A stretch of 64,000 nucleotides of DNA from Clostridia bacterium (GCA_040776905.1 JAXGZQ010000001.1:795280-859279), one strand, 5' to 3'. Positions 38,929 through 49,096 are shown, numbered from the stretch's first letter. Notes: a model not told the origin generated them from the letters alone. Program-made: numbers and translations.

Positions 38929-39436
38929 CGCGCTGCCTCCCTGCCGGCAGCATCACGATCTGCCATTGCTTCAGTTTTTCTTCATATGACATGGTATGGG
39001 CCGGGCTGGTTGACGGCAGCCGGGCCAGGATCAGGCCATTTCGCTGAGATGGTGAAAGTCCGGGAAGAATCAGGCGGCGAAACAAGGATTCAGCGGCAGC
39101 ACCATTATAGAAAACTGCTTGTATTTTGGTATATCGCGCAAAAAACGATAAAAAATCATGAGGGTCCGGCTCACGGATTGCCTGATCAAGGCTACCCTGC
39201 CGCTCACAGTGGTGCAGCACATCCCACAGTCCGATATCATGATCAAGCAGCAGACGGCAGCGGCTTTCATAATCACTGAGATCAGGCCGGCCTGCCAACT
39301 GGGTCATGATTGGCCAGAACTGGTTGCGCGGATGCGCGTAATACTGCTGTTTTTGCAGCGAGATGGCCCCGGGCATTGAACCGAGAATCAATGTCCGGCA
39401 ATTTTCATGAATCAGCGGGTCAAACGCGGTCAGCAT
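38921..39436 (-). CDS. uracil-DNA-glycosylase-superfamily protein, DNA-deoxyinosine (hypoxanthine) glycosylase type
   Basis: 171 aa. LILGSMPGAISLQKQQYYAHPRNQFWPIM matches my memory of the hypoxanthine-DNA glycosylase family signature. Confidence 0.6.
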   Translation of the reverse strand: MLTAFDPLIHENCRTLILGSMPGAISLQKQQYYAHPRNQFWPIMTQLAGRPDLSDYESRCRLLLDHDIGLWDVLHHCERQGSLDQAIREPDPHDFLSFFARYTKIQAVFYNGAAAESLFRRLILPGLSPSQRNGLILARLPSTSPAHTMSYEEKLKQWQIVMLPAGRQRDA

Positions 39437-39581
39437 GCTCTCACTCCATCCTGATCAACATTAAGTGAAAGTATGGCATATTGTCAGATAAGATGTAAAG
39501 TCTGACCGGAGGAGCCAAAGCTGCCATGATCGGTTATACTGGAGACAACTCAGGGTCCGGCAGATTCAGGGAGGTGTCTGA

Positions 39582-40313
39582 ATGAGTGTCTGTGCCGCTT
39601 TTTTTGATGTTGACGGAACCATAACCCGCGAGGGACTGATCAGCGAACTGTTCCGCAAGATGGTCAAATATGAGCTGATTGATGACGCGAAATGGCATGA
39701 ACATGTCAAACCGGCCTTTTCACGCTGGAATCGGCGGGTCGGCGAATATGATCACTATCTGCAGCGGATGGTTGATATCTATCTGGACACCGTACGCAAT
39801 ACCAACCCGGTTCACATCGACTATATCGCGCGAAAAGTGATTGAACAGAACGGTGAAAGGGTCTACACCTTCACCCGGGAACGGCTGCGCTGGCATAAAA
39901 AGCAGGGCCATCTGCTGATCGCGATTTCCGGCTCACCGGTGGAGCTGGTCCGCGAGATGGCGAAACTGTACGATATGGATGATTTTCGCGGCACCGTCTA
40001 CGAAATCGGTGAGGACGGCCTGTACAGCGGACAGATTACACCGATGTGGGATTCCCGCAGCAAACGGAAAGCCGTGCTGGAAATGGCGGTCAAGCATCAG
40101 ATCGATCTGGATGCCAGTTATGCCTATGGCGATACGACCGGAGATTATACGATGCTGAAACTGGTCGGCCATCCGCACGCCATCAATCCAACCCGGGAAC
40201 TGCTCGGGAAAATCCTCTCTGACAGTGAATTACGTGATCTGGTGACCCTCATTGTTGAGCGCAAGGATGTCACCTATCAGCTCGATCCCGACTGCCTCAA
40301 ACTGATTCATTGA
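39582..40313 (+). CDS. HAD-IB family hydrolase (SerB-like phosphatase)
   Basis: FFDVDGTIT (motif I), AISGSP (motif II) and K...YGDTTGD (motifs III/IV). Confidence 0.75.
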   Translation: MSVCAAFFDVDGTITREGLISELFRKMVKYELIDDAKWHEHVKPAFSRWNRRVGEYDHYLQRMVDIYLDTVRNTNPVHIDYIARKVIEQNGERVYTFTRERLRWHKKQGHLLIAISGSPVELVREMAKLYDMDDFRGTVYEIGEDGLYSGQITPMWDSRSKRKAVLEMAVKHQIDLDASYAYGDTTGDYTMLKLVGHPHAINPTRELLGKILSDSELRDLVTLIVERKDVTYQLDPDCLKLIH

Positions 40314-41860
40314 GCAACCGGGTCCGGTACAGGGTCCACCTTCAGATAGTGAAATGAAGCAATACCCTGCTGAGCACACAAACCCGTCCACGTCCCGGTA
40401 AAGGTCATCACATGCGTTCCTTCTGTACAAAGGCCTGCGGTCAGCCCCTTGCCGGCGAACTGCCAGTCCGCGTCTTCGCCCGTCCGCCAATAGAAGCGAT
40501 AATCCGTTGTATCCGCAGTCATACGAAGCTCGACCCCTGACAACAGCGCTGCATCCGGCAGACGGACACGTTCCGATTCACTGATAAGATCATGTACTTT
40601 GCGGCGCAGAGTCAGCCAGCTGCCATCCGCTCGTTTTTCCACCAGCAGAGCATAATAATAATCATGGGTATAATAGGCGGTCAGACCGGCGGAACAAGTC
40701 TGCTCGTTTGTGATGACCACTTTTGTCATTGCCTGAACGGCAAAGGATTTCTGACGCACCATCATCAGACAGGGATCCGGATCATCGAGGTGCTTCCCCT
40801 GTCCGTCCAGAAAGCAGGCACCGGGGTTCAGCTGATACCGTTCGCGATCCGGATTGCGGACGAAGGTCCACTCCGGATTGAGACCCGGAGATTGAAAATC
40901 ATCGAAGAACGCATCGGATACAGGATGATCTGATACTGCGGCACCGTCGGCGGGAGGCTGCGGCAGAGGGCCGGACATGCACAGCGCGATATGTCCGTCA
41001 TCACCGACAACCGGCCAGCCATCGTCCTGCCAGTCCATCGGTGCGAGAAAGGTTTCCCGTCCCAGATGATGCAAAAGCCGGCCCGGCAGCTGACGGATGG
41101 CCAGACAGACGAGCCACCAGTGGCCGGCACGATCCTCAACCAGATCGGCATGCCCTGTCGCCTGAATCGGTGAATGGCCAAAATCACGATGACTGAGAAC
41201 AGGCTGTCTCGGACACGGCTCAAATGGACCGAAAGGCCCGGGCCCGCGAAATAACGTCACCTGGTGGCCGTACTCTGTTCCTCCTTCTGCCAGCAAAAGA
41301 TAATAATGTCGGCCGATTCGGTACAGATGAGGGGCTTCAGGGTGTCGCCCGCCCGATCCCCGGCTGATCACAACTTTATCACTGAGGCGCCGGCCTGTTT
41401 TCGGTTCGATGACGAACGCGGTAATCGCCGGTTCGCCGTCAACCTCGCTGGTCCCGCAAAAATACGCCGTACCATCATGATCGAAAAACAAGGATGGATC
41501 GATCCCTGCCTGATCAACCCACTGCGGCTCAGACCATTCGCCACGGATATCATTGGTGTAGACAATAAAGTTACCGCCATGACTGACATTTGTTGTTATC
41601 ATATAGAAAGTTCCATCATGCCAGCGCAGTGTCGGAGCGTAGATACCGCCGGAACTGCGACAACCGCGCAACGGCAGCTGGCTGTCCCGGGTGAGACAGT
41701 GTCCGATCAGCTGCCAATCCGTCAGATTGCGGCTATGGTAGATCGGAACACCGGGAAAAAACTCAAAGGTCGATGTCACGAGGTAGAAGTCATCACCGAC
41801 CCGGCAGATACTCGGATCAGGATTGAATCCGGCAATGATCGGATTATGATAGGCTTTCAC
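40307..41860 (-). CDS. GH43 beta-xylosidase/alpha-L-arabinofuranosidase
   Basis: NPIIAGFNPDPSICRVGDDFYLVTSTFEFFPGVPIYHSRNLTDW is the hallmark GH43 N-terminus. 517 aa with a C-terminal beta-sandwich. Confidence 0.85.
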   Translation of the reverse strand: MKAYHNPIIAGFNPDPSICRVGDDFYLVTSTFEFFPGVPIYHSRNLTDWQLIGHCLTRDSQLPLRGCRSSGGIYAPTLRWHDGTFYMITTNVSHGGNFIVYTNDIRGEWSEPQWVDQAGIDPSLFFDHDGTAYFCGTSEVDGEPAITAFVIEPKTGRRLSDKVVISRGSGGRHPEAPHLYRIGRHYYLLLAEGGTEYGHQVTLFRGPGPFGPFEPCPRQPVLSHRDFGHSPIQATGHADLVEDRAGHWWLVCLAIRQLPGRLLHHLGRETFLAPMDWQDDGWPVVGDDGHIALCMSGPLPQPPADGAAVSDHPVSDAFFDDFQSPGLNPEWTFVRNPDRERYQLNPGACFLDGQGKHLDDPDPCLMMVRQKSFAVQAMTKVVITNEQTCSAGLTAYYTHDYYYALLVEKRADGSWLTLRRKVHDLISESERVRLPDAALLSGVELRMTADTTDYRFYWRTGEDADWQFAGKGLTAGLCTEGTHVMTFTGTWTGLCAQQGIASFHYLKVDPVPDPVAQ

Positions 41861-41926
41861 TGTTGATACCTCCGCTGTCGTACCAGACTGATAAAGTCAA
41901 GCATTAGGAAAAAAGGTGAACACGAA

Positions 41927-42373
41927 ATGATATATCTCGACTATAACGCAACAACACCCATTGATCCAGCGGTCGCGGATGTGATGGAACCATTTATCCG
42001 TCAACATTTCGGTAATCCGTCGAGCCTTCATCCGGAAGGGAGTTTCGCCCGCAGGGCGGTTGAACAGGCCCGGGAACAGACAGCGCTGCTGCTGGGTGCC
42101 GCACCGGATGAGATTGTTTTCACCAGCGGAGGCAGTGAGTCCAATAACATGGCGCTGAAAGGGGCGATCGCGGATAGCGGCCGCCGCAAAGCTCATCTGA
42201 TCACATCAGTGACGGAACATCCCTCTGTCCTCAATGTCTGCCGCTGGCTGGAACGTCAGGGGCATGACATCACATACCTCCCTGTCGACCACTACGGCCG
42301 TGTCCGCGCAGCGGAGGCATCGGCAGCTGGGATGATCTGTGATAAAATAACCACTGATATGAACATCCGCTGA
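41927..42373 (+). pseudogene. 5' fragment of a class-V aminotransferase / cysteine desulfurase (NifS/IscS-like)
   Basis: MIYLDYNATTPIDP...GNPSSLH...IVFTSGGSESNN...SVTEHPSV matches the first third or so of cysteine desulfurases. The ORF stops at 148 aa before the PLP-Lys and catalytic Cys regions. There is no continuation in another frame. Confidence 0.65.
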
Positions 42374-42404
42374 ATGACAGATATCCGGAAGTGAGGATGA
42401 TAGC

Positions 42405-43043
42405 ATGAGTCAATGGATCGATCGGATCGCGGCGCGTATGAAACGGCTGGCCATTCCGAGCCTGATGAAATATCTTGTGATCTGCATGGGCGCCGTGTTC
42501 GTGCTGGATCTTGTTTTCGCCGGGCAGTTGAGCAGTCTTCTGTTTTTCAGCCGGGACGCGATTTTCGGCGGACAGATCTGGCGGCTGGTTACCTTTATTT
42601 TCCTGCCGATCAGCAGCAGCCCGCTTTTCGTTGTCTTTGTCCTTTATTTCTATTATATGATCGGCGAAGCACTGGAGCACGAATGGGGCGTCGCCCGCTT
42701 CAACCTGTTTTATCTGACCGGACTGATCGGTACGATCATCGCCGGGTTCATTTCCGGTTTTGCGACCAATCATTACTTGAATCTCTCACTCTTCTTTGCC
42801 TACGCGATTTTATATCCGGAGACCGAACTCCGCCTGTTTTTTGTTCTGCCGGTTAAAATCAAGTGGTTGGCCTGGCTCAACGCAGCGTACTTCGCTTATC
42901 AGCTGATCGTCGCGTCCTGGTCCTTCCGGCTGGCCCTGCTTGTCTCCATCGCGAATCTTATTCTGTTCTTTCAGGGTGATGTCCGCCGCCGGATCGCCAA
43001 TGAACGGCGGCGGCGCGAGTGGCAGAAACATTTCCGCCGCTGA
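42405..43043 (+). CDS. polytopic membrane protein, rhomboid-like fold without an obvious catalytic dyad
   Basis: 212 aa. A GQIWRLVTFIFLP (WR..T) motif resembles rhomboid TM2. There is no clear GxSG/His pair, and the tail is basic. Confidence 0.35.
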   Translation: MSQWIDRIAARMKRLAIPSLMKYLVICMGAVFVLDLVFAGQLSSLLFFSRDAIFGGQIWRLVTFIFLPISSSPLFVVFVLYFYYMIGEALEHEWGVARFNLFYLTGLIGTIIAGFISGFATNHYLNLSLFFAYAILYPETELRLFFVLPVKIKWLAWLNAAYFAYQLIVASWSFRLALLVSIANLILFFQGDVRRRIANERRRREWQKHFRR

Positions 43044-43046
43044 CGG

Positions 43047-43084
43047 CAAAAGAAAAACCCGCCGGAATCTTCATTCCAACGGGT
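43047..43084 (-). terminator. osmC terminator (also faces the upstream plus-strand gene)
   Basis: Minus-strand hairpin ACCCGTTGGAAT-gaag-ATTCCGGCGGGT (10 bp with a 2-nt internal mismatch), followed by TTTTTCTTTT. Confidence 0.65.
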
Positions 43085-43125
43085 CTGTTTCCAATCTCAC
43101 AGATCGCGGTTTATCTGATGGCTGC

Positions 43126-43560
43126 TCAGCCAAGCTGTACACTGACCGGCGTCTCATGACTGAGGTTATCGCTGACCGGGCAGCGGCTTTCAACGGCCAG
43201 GCGCCATTTTTCCTTCGTTGCCGCGTCCGCATCGGTATCAGGCCGCAGAGTCACGCGGATGGACTGATAGCCTGCCCGTTCCGCGTCGGACATTCCCATG
43301 AACTTGGCCGGGTTCAAATCACCTTCGAGGTCAATCTTGACCCCATTCAGGTTCATGTCCAGTTCTTTGGCGACCACATGGCCGACCACGTTGAGACAGC
43401 CGGCCAGCGCGGCCAGAACATAATCCACGGGGGTCGGGCCTTCGTTGGTACCGCCCTGGTTCTTCGGTTCATCGACGATAACAGTAAACCCGTTGGTTCG
43501 AACCACGGTCTTGGTCGGATTCTCACTGTGCGCTTGAGCTTTGAATGTTACTTTCGGCAT
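43126..43560 (-). CDS. OsmC/Ohr-family peroxiredoxin
   Basis: 144 aa. ...GPTPVDYVLAALAGCLNV... and ...AVESRCPVS carry the two conserved Cys of the OsmC family. Confidence 0.8.
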   Translation of the reverse strand: MPKVTFKAQAHSENPTKTVVRTNGFTVIVDEPKNQGGTNEGPTPVDYVLAALAGCLNVVGHVVAKELDMNLNGVKIDLEGDLNPAKFMGMSDAERAGYQSIRVTLRPDTDADAATKEKWRLAVESRCPVSDNLSHETPVSVQLG

Positions 43561-43746
43561 TTTACATATCTCCTATATAATTAGTGTTTTTATATTTAAT
43601 TATACTGAGTATCCGGACACTTGTCAATCATCATCCGCTAGTCAATGATAATCATACGATCGACGGTTGGAAACATTTCCGTCAGCAGAACCGTCAAAGC
43701 AACTGAATGATCGATGAAGCTCACGCAATGATCGAGGTGATCAAAA

Positions 43747-45087
43747 ATGAAACAGTCAACCATGATCCGACTGGCCCTCCTGGTCGTCATGAGCCTGCTG
43801 CTGAGCAGCTGCTCCGCAATCGGCTTTCTCAATCCTTCTTCCACATCAGCAACAGCCGACCCGACCGGCAGTACCGGGCCGGACCGGCCGCCCCTGCCAG
43901 AGGACGGGGATTTGATGGCTGACATTGTTCCTGCGGCCTGGACCGCACCCGCTGATACAGATCCTGAGCTGGCCGCGTCCATGATGCGCTTCGCTGATGA
44001 ACTGCTGCTGAGTTCTCTCGATAATGATCAAAACGTTCTGATTTCTCCGGCATCAGTCTTTCTGGCGTTGGCGATGACCATGAACGGCGCGGATAAAGCG
44101 ACACGTGACGCGATGATCCGCGTTTTGACCGGGGCCGGCTTTACAGCAGATGCGATCAACAACTTCAGCCGCGGCTGGATTCAGCATCTGACATCATCCG
44201 GCGGCGAAAAGACCGCGATCTCTATCGCCAACTCAATCTGGTTCCGGGAAGGGTTCGACGCAGATCCTGATTTTCTGCAGATGAACGCTGATTTCTTCGG
44301 TGCCGGTGCCCGGTCCCTCGATTTCGCAGATCCAACTTCGCTGGAGATCATCAATGACTGGGTTGATGCCAACACGAACGGCCTGATCAGGAAAATTATC
44401 GAAAAGATCAACCCGACCACCATCATGTACCTGGTCAACACCGTCTACTTCAAGTCTGACTGGCAGCAGCCTTTTCTCTGGCAAGATACGATAAGCGGCA
44501 ATTTCCAGACTGATCAGGGTGATGTCACATATGATTTCATGAATCAGACCACGTTGTTTCCCTATTTTGCCATCAGCGGAGGACAAGGTGTCGTACTGCC
44601 TTACGATAACGGCCGCTACGCTTATGTCGCGATTCTTCCAGATGCCGGGACGGATCCCCGGGCCTGGCTGTCTGCCCGCGAGCCGGGGGAAATCAGTTCG
44701 CAGATATTTGCCAAAGCCGCTCAGGCCGAATCGGCTGTGGTTCAATTGAGCCTGCCGAAATATGAAGCCGCCTATGAGGATACACTGAATGACGAACTGA
44801 TGAGGATGGGCATGGAAATCGCTTTTGACGGTGGCTCCGCTGATTTTTCACTGATGAACCAGGAACGGCGGACCGGCCTTTATATCAGTGAGGTCCGGCA
44901 TAAAACCACCATCATCGTTGATGAAGAGGGAACCGAGGCCGCCGCCGCGACATCGGTCGCGATCGACGAAAGCGCGATGATGACGGAGCATGAACTGGTC
45001 TTCAACCGGCCATTCATCTACACAATCATCGATCTTGAGAATGGACTTCCCTTGTTCACGGGTATCCTGGATCATCCCGCCGGCTGA
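43747..45087 (+). CDS. serpin-family protease inhibitor, lipoprotein
   Basis: Signal plus lipobox LLLSSCSA. The serpin body reads NVLISPASVFLALAM...NSIWF...YFKSDW. The hinge and reactive-centre loop read VDEEGTEAAAATSVAIDESAMMTEHELVFNRPF. Confidence 0.85.
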   Translation: MKQSTMIRLALLVVMSLLLSSCSAIGFLNPSSTSATADPTGSTGPDRPPLPEDGDLMADIVPAAWTAPADTDPELAASMMRFADELLLSSLDNDQNVLISPASVFLALAMTMNGADKATRDAMIRVLTGAGFTADAINNFSRGWIQHLTSSGGEKTAISIANSIWFREGFDADPDFLQMNADFFGAGARSLDFADPTSLEIINDWVDANTNGLIRKIIEKINPTTIMYLVNTVYFKSDWQQPFLWQDTISGNFQTDQGDVTYDFMNQTTLFPYFAISGGQGVVLPYDNGRYAYVAILPDAGTDPRAWLSAREPGEISSQIFAKAAQAESAVVQLSLPKYEAAYEDTLNDELMRMGMEIAFDGGSADFSLMNQERRTGLYISEVRHKTTIIVDEEGTEAAAATSVAIDESAMMTEHELVFNRPFIYTIIDLENGLPLFTGILDHPAG

Positions 45088-45101
45088 TAGCCTGTATCTG
45101 C

Positions 45102-46550
45102 TCAGGCTTTGACAATCACGGATTCAATACCGAGAATATCCGCGATCTTCCGGAGCGTCTCAGCATGATGCCCGACTCCCAGCGCATAATGATGGGTCGG
45201 TCCCTCCATCACCCATGCCTTGACAAACGCTCTGGTGTTCGGTGCGAAAAACGCGCGCGTATTCGTGTTGCCGGTTGGCGGGATCGGCCCTTTCCGGCTG
45301 ATCCCCTCCCCGATGACAAACTTGAACGCGCCAGTAGCGGTCTGGGTCAGGCCCAGCATGGTGATCGGACCTTCCTTTATCTTGAACTCAACTGAAGCAC
45401 CGTGACCGGGTTTGCCATGGAACTTTTTCAGGCTGCGCAGAATCGGCCGATCTTCGGCGATCGCCATATGATGCGGCCCGTCATGTCCGACCAGGATAAA
45501 ATCCTCAATAAAATCAAACGGATGAAACTCAGCGAAACTTCCGCCGATATTCAATCGATCCATGATCAGCATCGCCAGACACGTTTTCAAATCAAATTCA
45601 CCACACATCGGGATGCCCCGGGCGTTGAGCATTGTATTGCCGGCGATCAGCGAGCTGATCACCCGCTGCTGCGGACTGTCCGGCCGGCCTTCATAGTAGT
45701 AGGCAAGCCCTGTCAGATCATGGCGTTCAACCAGAGCGTCCAACGCGGCCGCACCGACCGCCGCCTGATGAAGATCCTCGTCCGTCAGCGTTTCGGTCAG
45801 AGGATCAGTCCGGGGGTCCGGACGGTCAAATTCAGCCAGAATCAGCTGCTTCTTCTGTTCGATCGCAAGCGGATCCGCATGATCAAATTCTCTGACCAGG
45901 TCATCAATCTCCAGCTGCGCGACATGAACACCGAATGCGGCTGAAATCGCGGTCGGGTCGGTATGCATATCGTACATTGCTTCCATCACATGGCCCATCA
46001 GGCCGATTCGTGCGTCTTTCAGCGCATGCAGCACACAGGCGATGTCACACCAGGATTGAATCTCCTGAGCGGCAGCCGGATCATCGACCAGGGTTCCAAT
46101 CACAACATCAGCGACCGGCCGGCCCAGACGGATCGCCACGCCGGTAAACTCTGGAACTGAACAGATATTGTCATTCTCCAGCTGCATGACGGTCGATGCC
46201 CGGCTGTAGTCCATCGCGGCCCGGGGCTGCAGCGCAAGCAGAACCACCGGCTGTGTTGTTCCCAGAATAATCGGAGCAAAGGTCGCCGATGTCGCGTATG
46301 TGGCCATATTGCAGAAAATCAGGTCAAGCTGGTCCCGGCGCATTCTGGCCGCGATGGCGGCAGCCGCGGGCTGTCCGTTCGCGAACCCATAATCGATCAG
46401 ATTGATTTCATAGCCGGCCAGCTGTTCTTTCAAGGTCTGATGATAATCCTCGAGTGTGGCCTGCAAACCGTCAAACTGTGCATAGTATGTATCGTGAACC
46501 ACGGCGAATAATCCGATATTCGCTGTTCGTCCTGCTGTTCGCTCAATCAT
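45102..46550 (-). CDS. L-arabinose/L-fucose isomerase family protein
   Basis: 482 aa. The overall pattern (IGLFAV..D.Y...; ...LMGHVMEAMYDMHTD...; ...EFHPFDF...VGHDGP) matches my recollection of this family. Confidence 0.6.
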   Translation of the reverse strand: MIERTAGRTANIGLFAVVHDTYYAQFDGLQATLEDYHQTLKEQLAGYEINLIDYGFANGQPAAAAIAARMRRDQLDLIFCNMATYATSATFAPIILGTTQPVVLLALQPRAAMDYSRASTVMQLENDNICSVPEFTGVAIRLGRPVADVVIGTLVDDPAAAQEIQSWCDIACVLHALKDARIGLMGHVMEAMYDMHTDPTAISAAFGVHVAQLEIDDLVREFDHADPLAIEQKKQLILAEFDRPDPRTDPLTETLTDEDLHQAAVGAAALDALVERHDLTGLAYYYEGRPDSPQQRVISSLIAGNTMLNARGIPMCGEFDLKTCLAMLIMDRLNIGGSFAEFHPFDFIEDFILVGHDGPHHMAIAEDRPILRSLKKFHGKPGHGASVEFKIKEGPITMLGLTQTATGAFKFVIGEGISRKGPIPPTGNTNTRAFFAPNTRAFVKAWVMEGPTHHYALGVGHHAETLRKIADILGIESVIVKA

Positions 46551-46569
46551 GATCGCAACCTCTTTCCGG

Positions 46570-48783
46570 TCAGGTGTAGAAAATCAGCCGGTATTCGCTC
46601 GAGAGACGGCCACATTCCAAAACCAGTTTCAATTCGCTTGGCACCCGTCCTTTTAGTTGAACAGCATCCGTGTTCAACGGCGTCAATTTCTGCCGGTCCT
46701 CTTCATGATTGAATTCCGGCAGACGGTAGCGCAAGGTCGGTCCGGCCAGATTGATGTTCGGCAGTCCGGCCGCATAGGACCAGTTGAGAACAAAATGCCG
46801 TTTTCCGCCAAATTCCAGCCAGGCGGTCACCTCTCCGGCTTCTGATGGCTGGCATCCGTCATTCAGAAGCCACAAGTCGGCTTCAAACAGCTCACCGGGC
46901 CGCCAGGTGAATTTGGTAATTCTCGCGCTGATCAACTGCCCGCGGCAGCTGGCAGATACCGCGTCATAAGCCGGCTTTGGACTGGCAGGATAATTGATCA
47001 GTGAATTGTTGGCAAGCGTCGGCCACGGTTCATTGTAGCACCAGTTCAGGGCCATCGAACAATAAGGCTTTTGCCGGCGCGCCTCTTCATAAATCGCCTT
47101 GTACCCCTCACTCTGCAGCCACTGGCTCCATTCGATCAACTGCTCCAGCCGGTCCGGACGGCCAAAATAATCTTCGATCAGGGACTGGCAGGACCAGGTG
47201 TCCGTATCCCCCCACGATCTGAAGGCGTGATGGCTGATCGTCAGTTCGTTTTCAAGCAAAGGAAACAGATTGTCTTTTTCACTGATCTTCAGACAACAGT
47301 CCAGATTCGACAGTGAAGGAACGCCGAATTCTGTATAGGCGGTGTAATGCGCTTCGGCCATTGCCTGATACACTTCCCGCCCGTCCGGATAACGAAACAG
47401 ATAGCAGCCGTGTGCCATGCCCATCAGCGGCGATGTCGCCAGAAAAGGCCGCTGCGGATCGAGCTCATAGCACACCTTGTTCAGCAGACGCAGAGCCGCG
47501 GACTGATCCGTCATTTTTGACCAGCTGTTGAACAGTTCGTTCCCACCGCACCAGAGTGCCAGGCTGGCCCGGCCGCGCAGCCGTCGGATCACCGCCCGGG
47601 CTTCCTGTTCCAGGACGGCGAGATACGATTTCGTTCCGCGGTACTGGTTGCAGGCAAGCGGGAATTCCTGCCAGACCATCAGCCCCATCTCATCACACAG
47701 GTCGAAAAAACTGTCTTTATTGACGATGCCGCCACCCCAGACCCGCAGCAGATTCATGTGGGCGTCTTTTGCCAGCTGCAGCAGCGGCTGATAAGTTTCT
47801 TTGCGGATCGTTCCCGGAAAAACCTCCGGATTGACCCAGTTGCTGCCCTTGCAGAATACCGGTACATTGTTCAGTGTCACCGTGATCGGGACATGGCTGC
47901 GGGATTTTGGAAATCCAACCGGCTCATTCCAGGTTCCCTCATTCATTTCCAGTGTCAGGGTGCGAAAGCCGATCCGGCCGCTTTTTACATCGCATAGGAC
48001 CTGTTTGTGAACCAGCCGCGCTTCCCAGCGGTAGAGATTCGCGTCCCCGTAGCCGTTGCACCACCATAGTTTCGGTTGATCGACGCAGCCGATTTCGCCT
48101 TGCCTGTCAGTCTTGAGAATTTCATGGCCAGCCGGATCGTAGAGCGCGACGCTCAGCTCCCCCTCGCCGTCGATCGCCGCCGCGAAGCCCAGGAGGGCTT
48201 GGTCCAGCCGCTCATTCAGTTCATAGGTCAGTTCAGCCTGACGGATCCGGTTGACCGAACGGATCTTCAATCCCGTCTCATCCCAGATCCCGAGTGGAAT
48301 CAGCCTGGGATGCCAGTCCCAGCCATAGCTGACCGCCGGTTTACAGGATTGCTGTGCTTCCTGCCGGGTGCCGGCAAGCCCTGTCGGATCTTTCGGGGCC
48401 GGATGGACTCGAATCTGCAGTTCGCTACCCATATCGCCGCTCAAGTCCAATTCAAATGAACTGAACATGCCTTCGTGGCTGTATCTGAGATGACCGTTCA
48501 CCAGTATGTCGCAGCGGTAGTCAACGCCCTGGCTGACCAGCCACAAACGCTGATCCGGCCGCAGGTCCAGCGCTGGAATTTCCGCCCGATAGATCCAGAA
48601 CCGGTCTTCCGTCCAGTGAAACAACTGATAATTCGTGCCGTGCCGCCAGTCCGGCCAATTTTCCGCGACAGCCCAGTCGAGGTTGGCCGCTCCCGGGACC
48701 GTCGCCGCGACCCAGCGGTCAGGTTGGATTTCCGGCTGGCCCGTATGGCCAACAGTCCAGTTCAGCGCTATATCTGTCATCAT
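46570..48783 (-). CDS. glycoside hydrolase family 2 (beta-mannosidase/exo-glucosaminidase-like)
   Basis: 737 aa. ...YGWDWHPRLIPLGIWDETGL...LLRVWGGG...WCGGNELFNSW (NE acid/base). Confidence 0.8.
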   Translation of the reverse strand: MMTDIALNWTVGHTGQPEIQPDRWVAATVPGAANLDWAVAENWPDWRHGTNYQLFHWTEDRFWIYRAEIPALDLRPDQRLWLVSQGVDYRCDILVNGHLRYSHEGMFSSFELDLSGDMGSELQIRVHPAPKDPTGLAGTRQEAQQSCKPAVSYGWDWHPRLIPLGIWDETGLKIRSVNRIRQAELTYELNERLDQALLGFAAAIDGEGELSVALYDPAGHEILKTDRQGEIGCVDQPKLWWCNGYGDANLYRWEARLVHKQVLCDVKSGRIGFRTLTLEMNEGTWNEPVGFPKSRSHVPITVTLNNVPVFCKGSNWVNPEVFPGTIRKETYQPLLQLAKDAHMNLLRVWGGGIVNKDSFFDLCDEMGLMVWQEFPLACNQYRGTKSYLAVLEQEARAVIRRLRGRASLALWCGGNELFNSWSKMTDQSAALRLLNKVCYELDPQRPFLATSPLMGMAHGCYLFRYPDGREVYQAMAEAHYTAYTEFGVPSLSNLDCCLKISEKDNLFPLLENELTISHHAFRSWGDTDTWSCQSLIEDYFGRPDRLEQLIEWSQWLQSEGYKAIYEEARRQKPYCSMALNWCYNEPWPTLANNSLINYPASPKPAYDAVSASCRGQLISARITKFTWRPGELFEADLWLLNDGCQPSEAGEVTAWLEFGGKRHFVLNWSYAAGLPNINLAGPTLRYRLPEFNHEEDRQKLTPLNTDAVQLKGRVPSELKLVLECGRLSSEYRLIFYT

Positions 48784-48920
48784 CTTCTATTCCTCTCTAC
48801 AACGTCATCCTGTGCGATCTGATTCCATCGGTTGATCAGATCCCCATGCTACTGATTATTATAACGGTTTTCCCTGGTCTGTAACGGTCTGCGGCCCGGT
48901 TTCTAAGCCACATAAAGAAT

Positions 48921-48950
48921 AAACCCCGGAACACCTTGTTTCCGGGGTTT
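48921..48950 (-). terminator. tRNA-Ser terminator
   Basis: AAACCCCGGAA-caccttgt-TTCCGGGGTTT (11-bp stem). On the minus strand it is followed by ATTCTTTAT. It starts 7 nt after the tRNA 3' end. Confidence 0.7.
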
Positions 48951-48956
48951 ATCGTC

Positions 48957-49047
48957 TGGCGGAGGGCAAGAGATTTGAACTCTCGTTACGCTATTAACGT
49001 AAACACGATTTCCAATCGTGCGCCTTAAGCCGCTCGGCCAACCCTCC
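48957..49047 (-). tRNA. tRNA-Ser (anticodon GGA), CCA encoded
   Basis: Hand-folded 91-nt sequence: acceptor GGAGGGT/GCCCTCC, 3-bp D stem, anticodon stem CACGA/TCGTG with loop TTGGAAA, long variable arm TTACG-ttaatag-CGTAA, T arm GAGAG-TTCAAAT-CTCTT, then GCCA. Confidence 0.9.
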
Positions 49048-49096
49048 ACGCAATGATCGGATGATACGGATATCAGATCTGATATCAGCAAAGGAA

